A stretch of DNA of 64,000 bases from Deltaproteobacteria bacterium (GTDB lineage: Bacteria > Desulfobacterota > Desulfobacteria > Desulfobacterales > C00003060). Shown piece after piece: positions 1 through 8,006 of the stretch; the stretch's first letter is position 1; every line of letters starts with the position of its first letter. Below the pieces are notes generated by a model. It did not search any database and was not told where the DNA came from. It saw only the letters and a program-made list of their open reading frames with translations. A program made the position numbers and the translations under genes. The stretch lies in NCBI GenBank assembly GCA_019307135.1, contig JAFDKF010000001.1, positions 6,104 through 70,103 on the forward strand, given 5' to 3'.

Positions 1-166
1 AGTAACAAGATGGATCTTTTTGGACATAATAACCCCGGAACATTTATCATTGGCCATGTGTAATTGGACCGTCATTATTTTGAAACGCGTGGTGTAAAGA
101 TGCTTTTAGTAATGATAGCAACAAGTTATTTGTGTTGGTATCTATCTCCCAAATTCTACGAATGAG

Positions 167-225
167 CGGTTCAGGGTTTCGGTGAACCCTTGAACCCTGA
201 ACCTCTGAACCCGTGAACGGTTACG
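167..225. repeat. Imperfect hairpin built from GGTTCAG/CTGAACC units and ending GTGAACGGTTACG; same family as 13589-14068, 23401-23458 and 63872-64000
   Basis: GGTTCAGGGTT (168-178) is the exact reverse complement of AACCCTGAACC (193-203). It lies about 40 nt beyond the 3' end of the minus-strand cytochrome gene. Confidence 0.75.
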
Positions 226-265
226 CCGGGTTCTACATGACAGATGACCAATGACAAATGATAAA

Positions 266-1546
266 TTAATACCCCTTATGGCACTGAATACACAACTCCT
301 TTTTCCGATCAAATCTCAACGAAAAGTCGTGACGGCTTCCCATCAGGTTGTGGCATGTGATACACGTAATCTCCGCTTTGGATCTCGGATCAATAGCGCC
401 TTTTCCTATAGGATGGGTGAAAGAAGCATGTCTTTTGTGGCAATCATCACTAGTACAGGTAGTGATTTCATCCGCGCCGAAAAATAGCCTGAAGTTCGAG
501 CCGTGGGGACGATGACAGTCGCCGCATTTTCCTTCTTTAACCGACGGGTGTTTGTGCTTATACTTTTTGTCTCTTAAAAGGTCTGCTGTATCCTCATGAC
601 AGGTGGCGCATGTTTTTGCCTCTTTTGCCTTTATCATGTGGGCTTCGTCTGAGCTATGCGGGCTATGGCAATTTGTGCAAAAAACGCCTGGCCCCACATG
701 GGTGTTGACCTTTCTGAAGTCCTCCTTAATCGACTGGTGGCAGGCAGTACAGACCGACATCCCTTCGGCTTTCACGCCCAAGGGATCTCTTGACTGGGCC
801 GAATTATGACATTGAGTACATTTCTTCCGGGCAAATGGCTTATGCGAACTTTCCTTGATCAAATTCCTCTGGTTTGACGCGTGGGGATTATGGCAGGACG
901 TGCACTTCGCATCCTGGACAGGATAATAACTGTGCGATTTTTTCGCCTCTTTACTTCTAATTCTTTTTGAATGGCAAGAAACACATGCTTGTGTAACGTT
1001 CCTCTTCAGCATGGCTTCATGATCAGACGTGTGGGGGCTGTGGCAGGTCAAGCAGTCACCTTTCTTCACGGGCTTATGCTTGTGTTTCTTTGAAATGATC
1101 TCTTTCCTGGCGTGGCAGCTAAAACAGAGTTCCCCCCTTTCGGCGATTAATAGTTTCCGGTTCTTAGATGAATGAGCGTTGTGGCATTTCAGACACGCCC
1201 CTTCCTCAAATGGGGAGTGACCGTACTTTTTGTCAAAAGCCCCCTTCTTGCCTTTGTGACAGCTTTTGCACAGTTTGCCAATATGCTCTTTGACCAGGTG
1301 TTGGTAATTTGAGGTGTGAGGATTGTGGCAGGTTGAACATTCAAGTTTCTTAAAAGGCGCATGGGCACCCCTGGAGGCGATTTCCCGTTCTAAATCAGTA
1401 TGGCACTTCAGGCATTTTTTTAGGCTGACCCGCGTACTTTCGGCATATGTTTGATCCGCCGCCAGCAGAGCGCTTATGGAGACACAAATAAATATAAAAA
1501 AGGCCCAATAAATCTTTTTCGAAATCACAACTATAGTCTTTTGCAT
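266..1546 (-). CDS. Multiheme c-type cytochrome, 16 heme-binding motifs, secreted
   Basis: ORF-track ORF 266..1579. I place the start at ATG 1546 (MQKTIVVISKKIYWAFFIFICVSISALLAA, a signal-peptide-like N-terminus), which removes the overlap with the upstream gene. I counted 15 CxxCH motifs plus one CxxxxCH (CTSDDCH) in the translation. Confidence 0.9.
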   Translation of the reverse strand: MQKTIVVISKKIYWAFFIFICVSISALLAADQTYAESTRVSLKKCLKCHTDLEREIASRGAHAPFKKLECSTCHNPHTSNYQHLVKEHIGKLCKSCHKGKKGAFDKKYGHSPFEEGACLKCHNAHSSKNRKLLIAERGELCFSCHARKEIISKKHKHKPVKKGDCLTCHSPHTSDHEAMLKRNVTQACVSCHSKRIRSKEAKKSHSYYPVQDAKCTSCHNPHASNQRNLIKESSHKPFARKKCTQCHNSAQSRDPLGVKAEGMSVCTACHQSIKEDFRKVNTHVGPGVFCTNCHSPHSSDEAHMIKAKEAKTCATCHEDTADLLRDKKYKHKHPSVKEGKCGDCHRPHGSNFRLFFGADEITTCTSDDCHKRHASFTHPIGKGAIDPRSKAEITCITCHNLMGSRHDFSLRFDRKKELCIQCHKGY

Positions 1547-1575
1547 CTTATATCCAAATGACCACCAATGACCGA

Positions 1576-3525
1576 TCACTCATGACACGCTGTGCAGTCC
1601 CCGTCGGCAAACGGGCGATGCAAGATCTTGTGCAACAAGCCCTTGTTTTCCGAGGTGTGTGATTCATGACAACCGATACAATCAGAGTCCGATATCGTGA
1701 TTCTACTGTGGGAATTCGCCATAGCTGAAGCTTCGAGATTGTGACAAGTTTCGCACAACCTGGCCCTTTCAGCCGTAAGCAGCCCTTGGATATTTGTATA
1801 GTGGGGCCCATGGCATTTCAGACAGGCCCCTTCCTTTGCAGGACTATGCTTATGTTTATCTTTTTCAATATGAACCCTTAGGTCTGTATGACAGGACAGG
1901 CAAAGGCCCCCCAGGGGTCGGTTCAATTGCCCCTTTATCCTGCTCCCATGGGGATTATGACAGACAGTGCATTCTCCTTGTTCAAGCGGGGCGTGGTTGT
2001 ATTTATTCGTTTTAGAAGCGGCTTGAATCCTGGCATGACACCGGTAACAATTCTCTTCTCCCCTTTCGATCAGTTGAAAGTCATTGTCACTGGCGTGTTC
2101 GTTGTGGCATCTTAGGCACTCACCTTTTGCAAAAGAGGGATGGATAGTTCCACCCTTGACCTCATCCAGCATCCCTTGATGGCAGTTAAAGCAGAGTTTC
2201 TTTTTTGCTTGAATCAACCGTTTCCCCCTGTCATTCGAATGGGGACTGTGGCAAACGACACACCTTCCGATCCTTATTGGGGTGTGGACATTTACCCGAT
2301 CAAAGAGCATTCGCTCCTTCTGGTGGCAGGTGTAACACTGCTCGATTTCAACCAGCTGAAGTTCAAATTTGTTGTCCGATGCATGGGGGTTATGGCAGAC
2401 AACACAGTTTCCTTTCTTAATAGGCTCGTGAATATTTGAACGGGTAAAATCATCTTTCCTGTGACACCTGAAGCATAACGTTTTGCCAGAGTCTTTCAGT
2501 TCATATTCGTTCTTTGATGCATGGGGATTATGGCAGGCAGTACAATTGTTCTCTATTATCGGCTTGTGCACATGCCTCTTCTTGAACGATTCCTCTGTCT
2601 CTTTATGGCACGAATAGCAGAGCTTTCCATCAGGCAGAAGGGTTACATATTTGTTGTCCGTGGCATGGGGGCTGTGGCATGACAGGCAGTTGCCTTCTTT
2701 GACGGGGGCATGGACATGGGCCTTTGTAAAAGCCGTCTGGTTTTCCGTGTGGCACCCGTAGCAGAGCTTTGCCCCTTTTTCTTCAACCTTCAAGGGCTCG
2801 GCTGATCCCGGATGGTGGTGGCAGGCGCTGCACTCGTTTTTGTCAAGCGGCATATGAATGAATTCGTGCAGCAATTTGGGATTGGAAGATGAATGTGACG
2901 TATGACACGATACGCAGCGGCTCTCTCCGACCTTATAGCCCGCGTGGCCTGTGATAAACGTAGATTTCTGAAAATCATGACACTTTGCGCATACATTGTT
3001 TTTTGTGTCAAACAGGCATTGCTCATAATCAGAGGCATGGGCATCATGGCAAACCAAACATCCCTTCGTAGACAAAGGGGCATGTGCCTTTTTTCTGGTA
3101 TAAACATCCTCTTTATGGCAGATAAAACACAGCTCATCCCCCTTTCCTTTTAGCAGGTCTTTGTTCATGGATGAATGGGGATTGTGGCAGTTGACACATT
3201 TTTCCTCTTTTACCGGTCCATGGACATGCTTTTTGTCAAGCATGGCTTTGCTATCCTTGTGACAGGTATAGCAAAGCTCCTTTTCGCTGACCCTTAAATA
3301 CACACCGCCGATCACCCCGTGAGGCCTGTGACACGATTCACACCCATCCTTGGCAACAGGGGAATGCACGACCTTTGCCGCTTTAAATTGTTTGGCCTCT
3401 TCCTGGTGACAGTCAATACACTTCTTTTTGACAAGCCGTCCGATCTTTTTCTGACAGGAAGTGGTGCCGATGAGCATGATGCCGACAAGCAACACGAAAT
3501 AACATAGCGGTTTTATTGGTCTCAT
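1576..3525 (-). CDS. Multiheme c-type cytochrome, 26 CxxCH motifs arranged as 13 tandem di-heme modules; possible lipoprotein
   Basis: ORF-track ORF 1576..3618. The likely start is ATG 3525 (MRPIKPLCYFVLLVGIMLIGTTSC; hydrophobic N-terminus, weak lipobox TTSC). I counted 26 CxxCH motifs. The recurring unit is LCxxCH..(about 15 aa)..HxP(V/I)xxGxCxxCHxPHxS. Confidence 0.9.
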   Translation of the reverse strand: MRPIKPLCYFVLLVGIMLIGTTSCQKKIGRLVKKKCIDCHQEEAKQFKAAKVVHSPVAKDGCESCHRPHGVIGGVYLRVSEKELCYTCHKDSKAMLDKKHVHGPVKEEKCVNCHNPHSSMNKDLLKGKGDELCFICHKEDVYTRKKAHAPLSTKGCLVCHDAHASDYEQCLFDTKNNVCAKCHDFQKSTFITGHAGYKVGESRCVSCHTSHSSSNPKLLHEFIHMPLDKNECSACHHHPGSAEPLKVEEKGAKLCYGCHTENQTAFTKAHVHAPVKEGNCLSCHSPHATDNKYVTLLPDGKLCYSCHKETEESFKKRHVHKPIIENNCTACHNPHASKNEYELKDSGKTLCFRCHRKDDFTRSNIHEPIKKGNCVVCHNPHASDNKFELQLVEIEQCYTCHQKERMLFDRVNVHTPIRIGRCVVCHSPHSNDRGKRLIQAKKKLCFNCHQGMLDEVKGGTIHPSFAKGECLRCHNEHASDNDFQLIERGEENCYRCHARIQAASKTNKYNHAPLEQGECTVCHNPHGSRIKGQLNRPLGGLCLSCHTDLRVHIEKDKHKHSPAKEGACLKCHGPHYTNIQGLLTAERARLCETCHNLEASAMANSHSRITISDSDCIGCHESHTSENKGLLHKILHRPFADGDCTACHE

Positions 3526-3592
3526 ATTTTGATTTGCAGCAGTGTGGCGGGAAATGCCCGCCGTACATTTGTTTAGTCGAGTGGAAAAATGG

Positions 3593-5011
3593 TCAATCGG
3601 TCCTGTACTTTTCTTCAATCCTTTTCAGGGCCTTTTTATTGATCTTTATGTTGGATTCTTTACGCAATTTTGCCAAATAATCGGAAAGCACGATGTTGAA
3701 TTTTTGCTGTCCGACAATTCCCTTTAATCTCCGGGCCACGCGGGAAAATTCCTCAGGCTTCCCCCCTCTTTTTCCCTTCAGTTTTATGATCTTGTATAGC
3801 CTGCCATCCGCAAAGACATCGCTTATCTGCCCGACCTCCAGCCGATTTAGCTCGTTTCTAATTCCAAGAGGAAACCCATCAGCGCTAACCCATACGCGCG
3901 CGCCCTTTGGTGTCCACCTTTCTGACACCTGGGCAGCCAGGTATTCAAAGTTGGCTCCCTCCTTTAATTCCTTCAGGGCCTTCTCAGCATCTTCCCGAGC
4001 CTGAAAGGTCATCTCTCTAAACCATACCTCATAACCCTTTCTGAAGTCGTCTATATTTTCTTCATAGTACTTTGTCAACTCTTTTTTTGCTGGAATGGCA
4101 AGGGGATAGATAATTTTTTCCTTAAATTCGTTAATAAGCAGACCCTCTTTACGCCTTGTAATAATGTCCATGAATGCCGGGTCCTTCGTGTAATTGCGCC
4201 TTAATGCCTCCTGCTCGACCAGCTCATAAGTGATCAGCCCATCCAACGACTGTTGCTTTAGCTCTTCGCGCATCTTTTCTTGCTCGCTATTAGTCTTTAA
4301 CCTGCTAAACATCCTGGCCCTTTTTTGAAATGCCCGTTTCATGTCGTGCACCATGTCATCAAGCGGGATTGGCTGGCCATTGACTCGTGCCGCGACTGAC
4401 TTTTTACCAGCATAATCCTTTTCAGGGTCGAGCAAATCAAACAGTTCTTTGTCAATCTGGATATCCGCTTGTTTTCTTAACATTGCAACAAAGTTTTTAG
4501 ACAACTCTTTCTCTTTTTCCTTTTTCAGTTTTTTCGTGATTCGCCTTTTCCTTTTCTCGAATTCCCCCTCTGGGGCAGACCCGTCTTTCTCGTAATGTTT
4601 TTTGAAATAGTCAAGTAGATCTTCCTCACCTATATCGATTTTGTCGAGCACCTCTTCTTTTCTCAATCTGATAACAGATTGATTTTTTATGGACGCCTGG
4701 AGCTTTTTTTCAAAATCAGGATGCCTGTCGAGTTCGACCCTGTACGCGTCCTGGATTATCAGAGCCTCGTCGATCATCTCTTCAAGAAGGTCCAATATCT
4801 TGATGCTGCCCGCCCCCCCTTCAGCTTGGATCAGGGGCTTATATCTGTGAATGGCCTTGATTCTGTCCTGAATCGCTGTTTCATCTATTGTTTCGCCATT
4901 TACTTCCGCAAGAACCATCGTGCGCTCAGAAGCACAATAAAGGGCATCATGATCTGCTGTGGCAAGCAAAAAGAATGCCATCAAGGCAAATACTGATAAT
5001 TTTCTCATCAT
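3593..5011 (-). CDS. Periplasmic SurA/PpiD-like chaperone with a degenerate parvulin-type PPIase domain
   Basis: Signal peptide MMRKLSVFALMAFFLLATA, a long helical and charged middle, and a C-terminal parvulin-like segment (GANFEYLAAQVSE...GQISDVF...YKIIKLKG). The family call is by eye only. Confidence 0.6.
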   Translation of the reverse strand: MMRKLSVFALMAFFLLATADHDALYCASERTMVLAEVNGETIDETAIQDRIKAIHRYKPLIQAEGGAGSIKILDLLEEMIDEALIIQDAYRVELDRHPDFEKKLQASIKNQSVIRLRKEEVLDKIDIGEEDLLDYFKKHYEKDGSAPEGEFEKRKRRITKKLKKEKEKELSKNFVAMLRKQADIQIDKELFDLLDPEKDYAGKKSVAARVNGQPIPLDDMVHDMKRAFQKRARMFSRLKTNSEQEKMREELKQQSLDGLITYELVEQEALRRNYTKDPAFMDIITRRKEGLLINEFKEKIIYPLAIPAKKELTKYYEENIDDFRKGYEVWFREMTFQAREDAEKALKELKEGANFEYLAAQVSERWTPKGARVWVSADGFPLGIRNELNRLEVGQISDVFADGRLYKIIKLKGKRGGKPEEFSRVARRLKGIVGQQKFNIVLSDYLAKLRKESNIKINKKALKRIEEKYRTD

Positions 5012-5020
5012 ACAGACCTC

Positions 5021-5157
5021 GTTAAGTGGTAGAGTAGTTGAGTGGTTAAGTCGTTATTATTATTTGAATTCATATCGTTTGCCTAAAAATTGGACACTTT
5101 GTATGTTCGCAGCTCTAATACGGTGAAACCATTCAACCACTCAACTATTCGACGATC
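5021..5157. repeat. Inverted-arm element of the GTTGAGT/ACTCAAC family (related to 41523-41614)
   Basis: TAGTTGAGTGGTT (5035-5047) is the exact reverse complement of AACCACTCAACTA (5135-5147), with a loop of about 87 nt. It sits in the 197-nt gap between the lipoprotein gene and the SurA-like gene. Confidence 0.7.
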
Positions 5158-5208
5158 TCTGTCATAATCCTTATCGATTGACTACTGACCTCTGACCACT
5201 CTTCCCCC

Positions 5209-5802
5209 TCACGGCATAGTCTCGATCATTTCGCCGACAACCTTTTGGGTCAATGCTGCTACCGACCTTACCTTCCCAAAATCGAGAACTTTTATGTAAT
5301 CATCACCCGTTCTCCTGTGGTGGGCCATCCACAAGATCTTGCCGTTCCTGCCATCCACCATCCTGGATCTGATGGAAACCAACGGAACGACAGCTTTTTT
5401 TCTGTCATCCACACCTATGTATTCGTCTACCTCCCCCAAGACAACGGCATCTACCTCCAGTCTTTTGGCCATCAGTTTTATGGTTTGAAGATTGACGCCT
5501 GTCCTTACAACAATTCGCTCATTGACAAGAAAGGCTCTTACATTACCCGGAAATTCCACCTTGAACTCTCTCCTTTCAAACAGCCCCGCAATAAACGCCT
5601 CGGTGACAATGCTGCTCGCTTCACCCACCTGGGTGTTGTTGTGGAAAGAGAAAACCGCCACTTTCTTGATCTTTGATTTGTCAATACCGGTCCTTTGGTA
5701 ACTATCTGGGCCGGAAAGGGAGTAACATCCGGGGCAGGCAACTAAGAAGAGGCTGATTAGTGAGGAAAAAAAGCTGACCTTGCATAAGAATCGAAGCCTC
5801 AT
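5209..5802 (-). CDS. Lipoprotein with a CsgG/LpoB/DUF799-like alpha/beta domain (paralog 1 of 3)
   Basis: Lipobox LFLVAC. The motif IKKVAVFSFHNNT aligns with IKTVAIVPFENLT (7345..7902) and IKKIAVMPFGSL (5804..7324). The later segments LEVDAVVLGEVDEY and ILWMAHH are also shared. Confidence 0.65.
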   Translation of the reverse strand: MRLRFLCKVSFFSSLISLFLVACPGCYSLSGPDSYQRTGIDKSKIKKVAVFSFHNNTQVGEASSIVTEAFIAGLFERREFKVEFPGNVRAFLVNERIVVRTGVNLQTIKLMAKRLEVDAVVLGEVDEYIGVDDRKKAVVPLVSIRSRMVDGRNGKILWMAHHRRTGDDYIKVLDFGKVRSVAALTQKVVGEMIETMP

Positions 5803-5803
5803 A

Positions 5804-7324
5804 TCAAAAATCCTCGATCCACACCTCTTTTTTCTCAGACGGTTCTCCCTCGGATACCTCTGGTTCAGGTGGTTTTAGAAGTTCTTTTTCTCTTTCTAAC
5901 CTGTTTCCTGCAACGTCGCTAACTTCGAGTGAATAGGCCAAAAAGCCCTCTTTTTCCGGGTTTGGGCCTTCCTGAGCACGCTTTAACGCGCAACTTAGCT
6001 CGGTCGGCATGTCTCCTTTGCCATCAAATTTGCCCGTCTCATTGCCCTTTCTATCATAGATGATTAAGTCCCAGTCCCCTATTCTGCTATTATCTGTCGT
6101 TTTCAGCTCCAAAGTTATGCCCTTATCATCTTCGGCGGCAAGCACCAGATTTACTTCGGGCGGTGTCGTGTCAACCACTATGGTCTCTCTAGGTGAAACC
6201 GATCTGTTGCCAGCCTTATCTTCCAATATCAACTGGCAGAAATAAGTCCCATCTTTAACCCGCTTAAACCTATTATCCTTGCCCCGCCACATAAACCCCC
6301 CGGGCAACCGTCCAGTGCCCTCTTCCGATCTCACAATCGTTCCGGCTACATCGGCAATCTCAACCCTCCAGCCCTCGAGGACATCTGCCTTCAGGAGTTC
6401 CGGGAAAAACAGGATGTTATCCATTATACCATCATTATTGGGCGATATAAGCCTTTGCCCGAATGAAACGGAAACCTCGGGCGGGGTGTTGTCAACTCTT
6501 AGTTGAGCCAAATCATCCATCCTGAAAAGCCTGTTCCCCTGGTCAGTGGCGTATACCCTGAGGGAATATACGCCTTCGATACTCGGGGCAATGAAGGTTC
6601 CGGTGTACCATCGTGCGTCCTCGGTTTTAAGCTCGACCTCGGTGTCAAGGACAAATGCCTTAATGTCCGCGAGCCTTCCTATAATCTCCCTTACCTCAAT
6701 TGACACGTTGGTCCTCTGGCCACCTTTTAACACTTTGGGGAAGAAACTCGCTTGCGCAATCTCAAATGGTCTTGCCTGCTCATCGTGTACACCGGCCTCG
6801 GCGGGTAAGCCTTTCAGGAGATCGGTTACGGCAACTTCTACCAGCTTCTGGAGGGAATTTATCTTACCTATGCCAAGAAAGGTGGCAAAGTCCGCCCCGG
6901 TGTATGAGACGGAGTTTGCCCAGACAACAGCAGAATCAACACAATCTATCATCTGGGCGCTCACGGCGACCCGGGGATTTTCACCACCGGCAAGCATCCC
7001 CACAGAGCCGGTCATCAAGGCATCTGCGCCTAAGGCCGTACCCATTTCCCTGATAGTTGGCCGGTCTAAGAAGTCTGTCCTGCGGACTCTTTTTTCGACC
7101 AGGAACCCTTCCAATACATCCTGAGGGATGACGATGAATTTGTCGTTTATGAGACGATTTGTGATCAGATGGGTAAAATCAAACGATAGGTCATCAACCA
7201 TGAGGCTTCCAAAGGGCATGACCGCAATCTTCTTTATTTTGATTCCCGTTTTCGCCCCAAAGATCTCGCCTGATGAGCCGAGCAGGAAGATTAGAAAAAC
7301 CAGAATGAATAAACGCCTTTTCAC
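5804..7324 (-). CDS. Secreted protein: N-terminal CsgG/LpoB-like domain (paralog 2 of 3) followed by FlgD-Ig/SPNxDG-type Ig-like domains and an acidic tail
   Basis: Signal peptide MKRRLFILVFLIFLLGSSGEIFG. N-terminal domain shared with the two flanking lipoproteins. ISPNNDGIMDNILFF lies between VDNTPPEV and VDTTPPEV boundaries, as in FlgD-Ig-like domains. The stop is 1 nt from the next gene's start. Confidence 0.6.
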   Translation of the reverse strand: MKRRLFILVFLIFLLGSSGEIFGAKTGIKIKKIAVMPFGSLMVDDLSFDFTHLITNRLINDKFIVIPQDVLEGFLVEKRVRRTDFLDRPTIREMGTALGADALMTGSVGMLAGGENPRVAVSAQMIDCVDSAVVWANSVSYTGADFATFLGIGKINSLQKLVEVAVTDLLKGLPAEAGVHDEQARPFEIAQASFFPKVLKGGQRTNVSIEVREIIGRLADIKAFVLDTEVELKTEDARWYTGTFIAPSIEGVYSLRVYATDQGNRLFRMDDLAQLRVDNTPPEVSVSFGQRLISPNNDGIMDNILFFPELLKADVLEGWRVEIADVAGTIVRSEEGTGRLPGGFMWRGKDNRFKRVKDGTYFCQLILEDKAGNRSVSPRETIVVDTTPPEVNLVLAAEDDKGITLELKTTDNSRIGDWDLIIYDRKGNETGKFDGKGDMPTELSCALKRAQEGPNPEKEGFLAYSLEVSDVAGNRLEREKELLKPPEPEVSEGEPSEKKEVWIEDF

Positions 7325-7344
7325 GGAAACGACACCTCAATTCT

Positions 7345-7902
7345 CTATCCCCCAAACAGCGTGTCAAACATCTCGGCGACCAGCTCTTTTGCAAGATCGC
7401 TTGTGCTTTTCTTACTGATACCAAAGAGCCGGTCTAAGACCGTTGTCCCTTTTACACTGTGGGTCGCTTCCCATAGAATCTTATAAGATTTTGCATCTAT
7501 TAACTTTAGGGAGACAGAGACTTCCGGATACGAGCTTCCGCCTGTTCGTGAGACACCATACTCTTCAACCGAGCCCACGATGAAGGCCTGAACATTCAAG
7601 CGCTTTGCCCCCCTTTCTGCCACGCGCTTGCTGATTAAACCGTCGCCTTTGAAACCTTCCTCCCTCAGTACCTTGGCGACCTCTCCGAATTCAACAACGT
7701 CAAATATGCCCCGTCTTAAGACCTCTGCGGCCACAACATTCATCACCTTGCCTTCTGCCCCTTTCTCCTGGGTCAGATTTTCAAAAGGCACAATAGCCAC
7801 TGTCTTGATATATGTTAGGTCTGCTGTGGGGTGGATATAGCTGATAGGGCCACCACAGCCTGAAAAGAAGAGCAGGAAGAATATGCATAGCGCATAGCGC
7901 AT
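7345..7902 (-). CDS. Lipoprotein with a CsgG/LpoB/DUF799-like domain (paralog 3 of 3)
   Basis: ORF-track ORF 7345..7995. I place the start at ATG 7902 (MRYALCIFFLLFFSGCGG, lipobox FSGC). It is clearly alignable to 5209..5802 along its whole length. Confidence 0.65.
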   Translation of the reverse strand: MRYALCIFFLLFFSGCGGPISYIHPTADLTYIKTVAIVPFENLTQEKGAEGKVMNVVAAEVLRRGIFDVVEFGEVAKVLREEGFKGDGLISKRVAERGAKRLNVQAFIVGSVEEYGVSRTGGSSYPEVSVSLKLIDAKSYKILWEATHSVKGTTVLDRLFGISKKSTSDLAKELVAEMFDTLFGG

Positions 7903-7965
7903 GGGGTTAATAATTGGTTTCGTCTGCCCTCTGCTTCCTGCCTTATGCGCCATGCGCCATGCGCC
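7885..7965. repeat. Inverted heptamer arrays: (AGCGCAT)x2 facing (ATGCGCC)x3
   Basis: The left array (7889-7902) contains the ATG and first codons of the 7345..7902 lipoprotein gene. The right array (7945-7965) is its 6/7 complement. The two are about 42 nt apart, in the gap after the beta-barrel gene. Confidence 0.75.
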
Positions 7966-8006
7966 GTGTGCTTTGCGTGCGTTCAATTCGATCATTGCTT
8001 TACCAT

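Noticed and set aside
1548-3727. Many 60-115-aa ORFs overlapping the cytochrome genes, antisense or in alternative frames of the same strand (e.g. 1548..1811, 1794..2015, 2140..2439, 2790..3137, 2902..3153, 3319..3507)
   Set aside because: They lie entirely within long, motif-rich cytochrome ORFs. They have no RBS or recognisable motifs and a biased composition mirroring the His/Cys codons. I treat them as shadow ORFs.
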